In this document: positions 1 to 7,264 of the stretch, piece by piece
Layout: each line of letters starts with the position of its first letter
Position numbering within the stretch: position 1 is the first letter of the stretch
Sequence record: DRR723986_3475
Length of the DNA: 64,000 bases
Direction: 5' to 3' (one strand)
Made by a program: the position numbers and the translations under genes
Notes under the pieces: generated by a model
What the model was told of the DNA's origin: nothing
The model's database searches: none
What the model saw: the letters and a program-made list of their open reading frames with translations, nothing else

Positions 1-1
1 T

Positions 2-2041
2 AGTTTAGATTTTGGATTTTATCCAGATTCTCTCATTTATGATATGAATTTGGATATTGTTGGTGGACATCCTACTTGTGATGATACCATAAACTACTGG
101 GCTTATTGGGAGAATATAGGTACCACCATGCCTTCAGGGATTATTAAAATTACTTTAGATGATAGTCTTCAATTTATAAATTCAATAATTCCTCCGGATT
201 CGATTTCAGGAAATGTTGTTTATTGGTCCTTTGATAGTTTGTCTTACTTCTCATTTATATCTCTAGATTTTGAAGTTGGAACTCCCAACTTTATGAATGC
301 TGGAGATACGGTTATAAGTTATTTTGAATTAGTTATTTTAGACTCTTTATATAATCCGGTTGATACATTGATCGACTCTTTAGTACAGATAATCACATGT
401 GCCTACGATCCAAATGATAAAATTAGTGACCCAATTGGAGTCGGTTTATCAGGGTTTGTAGATCCTTCATTGTCTACAGTTGAATATATTATTAGGTTTC
501 AAAATACCGGCACCGATACCGCACAGCATGTCGTAATTAAAGATGCCGTAGATCCAAATCTCGATTGGAGTACTTTAACATTTCTTTCAGCAAGTCATCA
601 AGTTCAAACCATAGTAGATAATTCGGGAAATGTAAATTTTAATTTTTATAATATTTTCCTTCCTGATAGTAATGTCGATAAACAAGGAAGCCAGGGATTT
701 GTAAAATATAAAATTGATCTATTGCCTGCTGTCCCAGTCGGTACTTCAATTTTGAATTCGGCTGAGATTTATTTCGATCAAAACCCTCCAGTCATAACAA
801 ATACTAAGATTCTTACCCTCTTCGATTGTCAACAAGTTTTAGCTGGTATGATATTTCCAAGCTCTTCATGTGAAAATGAAACTGTTGTTGGAACGATTCA
901 TGATGATTCCGATAGTCAATATTCTTGGGAGTTTTTAGGAATTGATACGCTTCATGGTCAAAGCATTCAGTGGTTAGCATCTCAGTCTGGACCTATAAAT
1001 ATGAAATTATCGGTGAATAATCAATTTTGCTTGCATGATACCACGGTTCAAATTCAAATTTTCCCAGAAATTCCTCTAACTCAGGATCCTGATGCATTTA
1101 AGTGTCCATTAGATAGCGTGCTTGTTTATAATAATTACGAGTATGGGGCTGGAGTATATTATGATACCCTGCAATCTGTGAATGGTTGTGATTCGATTAT
1201 GATGAAAGAAGTTTTTGAATATAGTTCTTATCTTGTTGATTTAGGCGATTTACAGGTTTGCTCAAATGATAGTGTTTTAATTTTTAACGAATATCAGTAT
1301 CTTATTGGAACTTATTATGACACATTGCAGACCATTGATGGCTGCGATTCTATTTTGTTTCATGATTTGTCGGTGAATTTTTATGATTCTGAAAATGACG
1401 GCTCGGTGTCTATCTGTTTAGGAGATAGTGCCTTTATATACGGAGAATATAAACTAATTCAAGGGGTATATTTTGATAGTCTAGTTAATATTGAAGGTTG
1501 TGACTCAATTCATTATCAAGAACTTTTCGTAAATCCATTGCCAACAGTCAACTTCAACTCCCTCTCTTCCGACACCCTTTGCACCTATTCAGGCCCTATC
1601 AATCTAAGTGCAACTCCGTCAGGTGGTTCATTCTCGGGTAACGGTGTCTCAGCTTCTCAGTTTGATCCTAACACGGCAGGTAACGGAGATCATTACATTT
1701 ATTACTCTTACACTGATGGCAACAATTGCTCTTCTACTGATTCTGCCTTAATCCATGTCGGAGATTGTCTTGGAATTCATGAAACTCAATTTTCAAATGT
1801 TACCATTTATCCTAACCCATTTAAAGAATCAACGACCATTTCATTTGGTCAAGAATTAAATGGAGACTATCAGTTAACGATAGTTGATGCACTGGGCAAA
1901 CAGGTCTATTTAAAAGATAATGTCACAGGTAATGCGTTACAGATTTCTAGAGGCGAATTAGCTAAAGGATCTTATTTCTTGAGCTTAACTCAAATATCTT
2001 CAGGGGAGAAAGTATTTTCTTCTAAACTATTGATTGAATAG
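2..2041 (+). CDS. T9SS type-A CTD secreted surface protein (Ig-like 'YDPNDK' domain, GCDS repeats); 5'-truncated by the window edge
   Basis: Frame is open from position 2 (SLDFGFYPDSLIYDM...), so the ORF-track start at 44 is probably internal. Contains CAYDPNDK...YIIRFQNTGT...AEIYFDQNPPVITN, three GxYxD(T/S)LxxxxGCDSI repeats and a C-terminal IYPNP...GSYFL...KLLIE tail. Confidence 0.85.
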   Translation, partial: SLDFGFYPDSLIYDMNLDIVGGHPTCDDTINYWAYWENIGTTMPSGIIKITLDDSLQFINSIIPPDSISGNVVYWSFDSLSYFSFISLDFEVGTPNFMNAGDTVISYFELVILDSLYNPVDTLIDSLVQIITCAYDPNDKISDPIGVGLSGFVDPSLSTVEYIIRFQNTGTDTAQHVVIKDAVDPNLDWSTLTFLSASHQVQTIVDNSGNVNFNFYNIFLPDSNVDKQGSQGFVKYKIDLLPAVPVGTSILNSAEIYFDQNPPVITNTKILTLFDCQQVLAGMIFPSSSCENETVVGTIHDDSDSQYSWEFLGIDTLHGQSIQWLASQSGPINMKLSVNNQFCLHDTTVQIQIFPEIPLTQDPDAFKCPLDSVLVYNNYEYGAGVYYDTLQSVNGCDSIMMKEVFEYSSYLVDLGDLQVCSNDSVLIFNEYQYLIGTYYDTLQTIDGCDSILFHDLSVNFYDSENDGSVSICLGDSAFIYGEYKLIQGVYFDSLVNIEGCDSIHYQELFVNPLPTVNFNSLSSDTLCTYSGPINLSATPSGGSFSGNGVSASQFDPNTAGNGDHYIYYSYTDGNNCSSTDSALIHVGDCLGIHETQFSNVTIYPNPFKESTTISFGQELNGDYQLTIVDALGKQVYLKDNVTGNALQISRGELAKGSYFLSLTQISSGEKVFSSKLLIE

Positions 2042-2108
2042 CTTTTGAGCAATATTTATTTACTAGTTCACACTTTCTGACCTAAATCATTTTAGCGGAT
2101 GAAATCTA

Positions 2109-2142
2109 TTTGCTTTCATCTAAAACAGACTTGATATATTTG
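2109..2142 (+). promoter_or_regulatory. Bacteroidota sigma-70 promoter for the hemF-like gene
   Basis: TTTG at 2109-2112 and TATATTTG at 2135-2142 match the -33/-7 (TTTG / TAnnTTTG) consensus. Confidence 0.5.
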
Positions 2143-2174
2143 TTCTATTCTAAATTAAAGAGCACAACAATAAA

Positions 2175-3164
2175 ATGAATTTCTCCTCCTCATCTTCAAA
2201 AAAAGCGCAAACTGCCATAGAATTATTGCAAGCATTGCAACATTTCTTTGCAAAGTCATTGGAAAAATTTCAAGCAGATAAAGCAGAGTTTGAATCGGTT
2301 TCATGGCAAAGAGATCTTGGCCAACATGGAGGAGGAACAAGACTTGTTGCACCCAATAATGCTTTTTTTGATAGAGCATCTGTCAATTTTTCGCATGTGC
2401 ATTATGATGATTTACCTGAGAAAAAATTGGCTTCTGCAACTGCACTTTCAGCAATCGTTCATCCCGATAATCCTCACAGCCCATCTATTCACCTTCATTT
2501 TAGTTGGACGGAAATGCGAGATGGATCGGGATATTGGCGCATGATGGCTGATCTCAATCCATCTATAAAAGATCCGAAATTCACCTCACAGTTCAGAGAT
2601 GCAATAAAACAAGAGGCTCAGTCATATTTTGAAAAAGGTTTGGAGCAAGGAGATGCCTATTTTCATATTCCCGCATTGGATGTTCACCGCGGAGTCTGTC
2701 ACTTTTATTTAGAAGGATTTAATAGTGGTGATTTTGATCAAGACTGTGAAATGGCTAAAAATTTGGCAACAAAAGTCATTAACACCTACTACCAAATTTT
2801 GCAATCATCAAGTATGGCGCATCCGAATTATACAACAGAAGAAAAACAACAGCAGATAGATTATCACACACTCTATATGTACCAAGTTTTAACTTTGGAT
2901 AAAGGTACAACTGCAGGTATTTTGGTACACGATCAAAACGATCTCGGTGTTTTTGGGTCTTTACCATCAACTATAAATGGTGATTTGTTGCATGCTTGGA
3001 TAGACAAAACGCCTGCTCCGCTTGATGCATTAGTTCGTGATCTTCATCAGGTTTTCGAATCTGACGGAAATGTGAAAATTGAAGACAAGGAAAAACTGAC
3101 TTTCGCAAAAGTTATGAGGACTTTTTACGCAGAACATTCTAATCTGATTAGTTTTCGGAATTAA
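2175..3164 (+). CDS. hemF: Coproporphyrinogen III oxidase (oxygen-dependent, HemF/CPOX family), divergent
   Basis: GGG, FDRASVNFSHVH, ATALSAIVHPDNPHSPSIH, DLNP, HRGV, LTLDKGT and GSLP map onto HemF motifs, several with substitutions. Confidence 0.7.
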   Translation: MNFSSSSSKKAQTAIELLQALQHFFAKSLEKFQADKAEFESVSWQRDLGQHGGGTRLVAPNNAFFDRASVNFSHVHYDDLPEKKLASATALSAIVHPDNPHSPSIHLHFSWTEMRDGSGYWRMMADLNPSIKDPKFTSQFRDAIKQEAQSYFEKGLEQGDAYFHIPALDVHRGVCHFYLEGFNSGDFDQDCEMAKNLATKVINTYYQILQSSSMAHPNYTTEEKQQQIDYHTLYMYQVLTLDKGTTAGILVHDQNDLGVFGSLPSTINGDLLHAWIDKTPAPLDALVRDLHQVFESDGNVKIEDKEKLTFAKVMRTFYAEHSNLISFRN

Positions 3165-3253
3165 AGAATTTGCATGTTTAAATCACTAGCTTTTAGAATG
3201 TGATTTGACTAAAAAAGATTGTTAAGATAAGATAAATCACGTATCTTTACCTC

Positions 3254-4705
3254 ATGAAGATCACATTTTTATTTATAGCTGTGCTGACTACTGCACTTGT
3301 CTCAGCACAAACCTTCACTAAATCTCCAACAATCTCTATTGATGCGGATTACGGTTTTTACCATCCTCAAATTGAAATGACTGGTGACGATAAAGCTTGC
3401 TTGCTATGGACGAGTTCTGATAGTTTAGATCTTTATTTCGCGAAGCACAATGGGGTGGATGATTTTAACACACCTCTAAAGTTAAATCCAGATGGTTTAG
3501 ATGTGCAAGATTTTGTGTGGAGTGGAGCAGATTTTGCAGTTGAAGGCACCAATATTTACGCCGTTTTTAAACAAGCTGGTTACTCAACCGGTGGAATTTA
3601 TCTAGTAAAATCAACCGACAATGGTGACAGCTTCGGAGACACTGTGCGTGTAGATGATTTAGCTGTTGGATATGGACAGTATCCAGATGTTGCCGTGTTG
3701 AACGATACGGTTTGGGTGACCTTTATGGATCACAATGCTAGTGGAGGTGACCCTCAATACGTTGTTGCCAGATCCACTGATGGTGGGTTGAGTTTTGAGC
3801 CTGAGGTGATTGCGGGTGCCATTTTACCGGGAGAGGCCTGTGATTGCTGTCAACCTGAAATTATGGTGGATGCCAATCGAGTAGTGCTAGTATTGAGAAA
3901 CAATAATTCTAATGTCAGAGATATTAAGGCAGTAGTTTCAACTGATAGAGGAGCTACTTTTTCAAATTCATTTTCACTAGATGACCACAATTGGGTGATA
4001 AATTATTGTCCAAGTACTGGGCCAGATGCTCGATTGATCGGATCTGATAAGATAATGGCCATCTATAAATCAACAGTATTGAGTAATGCGGCCATATTTG
4101 TGCATGAATACGACATGGGTGCTGGTAGCTCTAACGGTGAGGTACAGGTTTTAGTTAATGGAACGACAAACGCATTGATGAACTATCCACAATTAGATTA
4201 CGAGGCAAGTGAAAGCATGCTTGGGTTTGTTTGGGAGCAAGCTGGTGATGCAACAGATGTTTATATTAATGCCTCATCCACCGGATTGAATGGGATATCT
4301 GCATCAAACGCAATGAATATTACCAACGAACCAGGGACACAGAATAAACCAGATATCATTATTAGAAACGGAGTATTTCATGTGGTGTACGCCGATTACA
4401 ATGAGCAAAATTTAAAGTACTTGCAGCTTACCAGTAATTTTGCTCATCTCAATAAGGCAGCAAATACTTTTGGAATGAATGTATACCCAACTCCCTCCAA
4501 AGATGTTGTGACCATTGAATTTGATCAACTTGAAGGAACAAATTCGTCCCTTCAAGTATATACGATCTCAGGTCAATTGGTGCTAACTAAATCAGGTCAT
4601 TCTTCTTACTCCATCTCTAAAAATGAACTACCAGCAGGGGAGTACGTTTTTAAATTGAGCCAAGGTGAATCCATTAACCAAGGGCAGTTTCAATTTGTGG
4701 ATTAA
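3254..4705 (+). CDS. T9SS type-A CTD secreted BNR/Asp-box beta-propeller protein (sialidase-like fold)
   Basis: Signal peptide; Asp-boxes STDNGDSF, STDGGLSF, STDRGATF; CDCC and CPSTGP motifs; C-terminal VYPTP...GEYVF tail. Confidence 0.8.
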   Translation: MKITFLFIAVLTTALVSAQTFTKSPTISIDADYGFYHPQIEMTGDDKACLLWTSSDSLDLYFAKHNGVDDFNTPLKLNPDGLDVQDFVWSGADFAVEGTNIYAVFKQAGYSTGGIYLVKSTDNGDSFGDTVRVDDLAVGYGQYPDVAVLNDTVWVTFMDHNASGGDPQYVVARSTDGGLSFEPEVIAGAILPGEACDCCQPEIMVDANRVVLVLRNNNSNVRDIKAVVSTDRGATFSNSFSLDDHNWVINYCPSTGPDARLIGSDKIMAIYKSTVLSNAAIFVHEYDMGAGSSNGEVQVLVNGTTNALMNYPQLDYEASESMLGFVWEQAGDATDVYINASSTGLNGISASNAMNITNEPGTQNKPDIIIRNGVFHVVYADYNEQNLKYLQLTSNFAHLNKAANTFGMNVYPTPSKDVVTIEFDQLEGTNSSLQVYTISGQLVLTKSGHSSYSISKNELPAGEYVFKLSQGESINQGQFQFVD

Positions 4706-6817
4706 TTAAGTCAATTTTCGACTAAACACTTTGCCTAAATAGGTGAGGTGCTCCTCTTTTATAAAAGGTTGATCCAATACCTCTGTTTTATCAATTAAAA
4801 ATAAATTGGTTAATATCCGTTTTCTATCATTGAATGAACTGATGTCCCAATGAGGGATGCCAATAAGAATCGTAGACTCAAATTCATCATTATCCAATTC
4901 TTGAGAAAGTTTAAAAACGTATCCATTAACCTTATCGTCTACAATAATTCGCTCTTGAAGCTCTATTTGCTGGTTGAGGAGATTTTTATCCTTAATTAGA
5001 TCGTCTATGATTCCGAACTTTTTATTTTTTGACAGTTCTAAATGATGTCCAGAAAGATCTTTCAATTTATTATTTCGAATTAATAATCCGAGAATTGGAA
5101 TAGAAACAGGAGACAAATAACCCCTGACGATCTTCATTGAACCAGAGCTTATCATCAAATAGAGAATAAAGAAAGAGAGGTAATAAGCCTTATGCTTTAA
5201 AAAATCGTTGGCAAATTCAGTACTGTAGACGATAGACGTGGCAATATACCCCGTCATCAAAATACCTATGCTAACCATTAAAAGTACATACTTCAAATTA
5301 TCTGTTTTTAGTCTGATTTTTCGATCATAAAAAACGGTGCAGTTTAAGGTGTTGTTGATGTATAGAAACCAAAGATGAATACATAAAATGAATATTACAC
5401 TTGACATCCAGCTGTATTCTGAAGCCCACCAATCCATTATCCAAAAGTCATAAAAGCCGTGTAGAAATGATGCGATTAAAAAGAATAATGTGAACATAAG
5501 GTATTTATTATAACCTCTGTATTTCGCTAGCATTAACCCATAACCAATGGTTGCACTGAAGGCCATGTGAATAATACAACAATAGATTCCGCGTCCTGGT
5601 ACATTCTGAATGGTTTCAGAGAAATAGCCGACGTTTTCTATAAATGCAAACCCTAAGGCAGAAATAGAGGCGTATAGAATGTAATCAAATGGTTCGTTAA
5701 TGGCATTGGTGAATTTTAATACCAATAGAACAGGAATTATTTTAACAAGTTCTTCAACCATTCCAATAGAGATAACGCAATACCATAAGTCACTCACAGG
5801 AGCCGAAGGTCTGAGGTATTCGAAGACGTACCACATCAAATCATGAATCGGATAAAGCAATTGCATACTTACAATCGAAATAAAGAATATGAGAATTAAA
5901 TAACGTTTTTTCTCAGGCTCATAGATGTCTAGTTTTCTGAGAAAGTAAATCCATAAGGCAAGTAAAATTAAGGCGCTTGATGCTGTTAGTATATGCCATT
6001 CACTGAGCTCGGCATTTAAACGAACTGACCAATAGTCGAGCCAATTATTTTCTTTAAAGTATCGAGCCCTTTTCATCCATTCAGGAATTAGATGAGTTGT
6101 TTGAGGGTCGTCAATAAGATCATTCAGCTGATCGTGCTTGTGAAAATACCAATAAACATGCGCCAGTTTTTCAAAGGATCTTCGTGTACATTCTTCTTTT
6201 TCTATACTGGTTTTTAAATGCGCTTCCGCAGAGCTTAGAAAATCCCAATCACGTTGATTATAATCGTTAACTCCTTGCACATAATTGTAGTACTTCAATG
6301 AAGTATCATTAATGGCATTCAAATGATATTGAACGCTGTTGGCAGATACCTGCATGTTGACGAAGTGCATTGATAAAAATAGGTGGCCAATATCTTGAAG
6401 AGTTGAGTCTGAAGAGGCTATATACCCTTCATATTCACTGATGATTTTTTGACTTTCAGGTTCGTTAATAAATGACGAAAAAGGTCGATTTACATGTCTT
6501 CTTTCACTTTCGATAAATGAATTAAACCACATTACATTCACAAAATGCCATTCCAAATTTAAACTGTCGTTTGAAGAATAGGTAGTTGTTGTATAGTGTT
6601 CTAAACGGTAGTCTTGCCCAAGTCTTTTACCATAGTAAGAGTTTACAAAATAGATTGGGATTCCGATTAAAAGAATCAGCCAGATTGCTTTAATACATAC
6701 AGATTTAAGTACAGTCTTATTTCGGTAGTTTTTTGACAGATAAACAATGAATCCAATAATTAAAAAGAGCACAATCAATAAGCTCATGCCGTTAAGAATT
6801 TGATAAAAAATTTCCAT
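4706..6817 (-). CDS. PrsW-family glutamic intramembrane protease with a large N-terminal extension
   Basis: PrsW motifs GMVEELVK, LGFAFIEN, IIHMAFS, LHGFYD, preceded by DIYEPE. Its stop codon abuts the stop of the convergent gene (TAA|TTA at 4703-4708). Confidence 0.85.
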   Translation of the reverse strand: MEIFYQILNGMSLLIVLFLIIGFIVYLSKNYRNKTVLKSVCIKAIWLILLIGIPIYFVNSYYGKRLGQDYRLEHYTTTTYSSNDSLNLEWHFVNVMWFNSFIESERRHVNRPFSSFINEPESQKIISEYEGYIASSDSTLQDIGHLFLSMHFVNMQVSANSVQYHLNAINDTSLKYYNYVQGVNDYNQRDWDFLSSAEAHLKTSIEKEECTRRSFEKLAHVYWYFHKHDQLNDLIDDPQTTHLIPEWMKRARYFKENNWLDYWSVRLNAELSEWHILTASSALILLALWIYFLRKLDIYEPEKKRYLILIFFISIVSMQLLYPIHDLMWYVFEYLRPSAPVSDLWYCVISIGMVEELVKIIPVLLVLKFTNAINEPFDYILYASISALGFAFIENVGYFSETIQNVPGRGIYCCIIHMAFSATIGYGLMLAKYRGYNKYLMFTLFFLIASFLHGFYDFWIMDWWASEYSWMSSVIFILCIHLWFLYINNTLNCTVFYDRKIRLKTDNLKYVLLMVSIGILMTGYIATSIVYSTEFANDFLKHKAYYLSFFILYLMISSGSMKIVRGYLSPVSIPILGLLIRNNKLKDLSGHHLELSKNKKFGIIDDLIKDKNLLNQQIELQERIIVDDKVNGYVFKLSQELDNDEFESTILIGIPHWDISSFNDRKRILTNLFLIDKTEVLDQPFIKEEHLTYLGKVFSRKLT

Positions 6818-6831
6818 AGTTTTTGAGTTTT

Positions 6832-6916
6832 AGGTAACAGATTTCAGTAGCAGGACCTGTGCTCGTCAGCACAAATCCTGTTTTCTTGCGAACATTTAAG
6901 CCATTCGAAATCTACC
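6832..6916 (-). ncRNA. Candidate structured 5' leader RNA upstream of the prsW-like gene
   Basis: On the minus strand, CAGGAUUUGUGCU-GACG-AGCACAGGUCCUG (6851-6880) is a 13-bp stem with two U.G wobbles, which are C/A mismatches on the plus strand. It is enclosed by AGAUUUC/GAAAUCU. Confidence 0.45.
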
Positions 6917-6971
6917 CTGTGGTTAGTAGGTGAGTATTCCTTGCGTGAATAGCTTTCGTTATCCGCTAATT

Positions 6972-7139
6972 TTAATAATGGGGATACCAGTTGATGAACC
7001 TGTTTTCACTTGCCCAGAGGGCTTTGAGAGGTTCTTTTTTTCTTGAAAAGAAATGAGGGTCGTACAAAATAGGAGATTTCATTCCAACCATCATCAACAG
7101 GCATCCAACACATAAATTCTGAAATCTTGTTTTGTTCAT
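6972..7139 (-). CDS. Possible small protein or leader peptide, 55 aa (MNKTRFQNLCVGCLLMMVGMKSPILYDPHFF...NWYPHY)
   Basis: ATG at 7139 to TAA at 6972, read by hand; below the ORF-track size cut-off. No recognisable family, and a competing frame overlaps it. Confidence 0.25.
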   Translation of the reverse strand: MNKTRFQNLCVGCLLMMVGMKSPILYDPHFFSRKKEPLKALWASENRFINWYPHY

Positions 7140-7264
7140 ATACCATTCATATTACTAATAAAATTAGCATTAAACAAATAATATTAGACGAATATTGAAT
7201 TAAATTCGTCCAAAATAGTTCGGAGACTGATAAATGATTTTTGAAGCTATAACTGGGATGCAGG

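Noticed and set aside
3180..3207. AAATCAC-N13-GTGATTT inverted repeat after hemF
   Set aside because: AT-rich short stem with a long loop and no clear U-tract; cannot be told from chance.
6840..6870. Hammerhead ribozyme core (CUGACGA...GAAA on the minus strand)
   Set aside because: CUGACGAG is locked in the 13-bp stem-loop, GAAA does not directly follow a stem II, and I cannot build stems I/III with a cleavage triplet.
7006..7008. Selenocysteine UGA in frame B
   Set aside because: No SECIS-like hairpin directly 3' of the UGA, no redox-motif context and no sel genes in the window.
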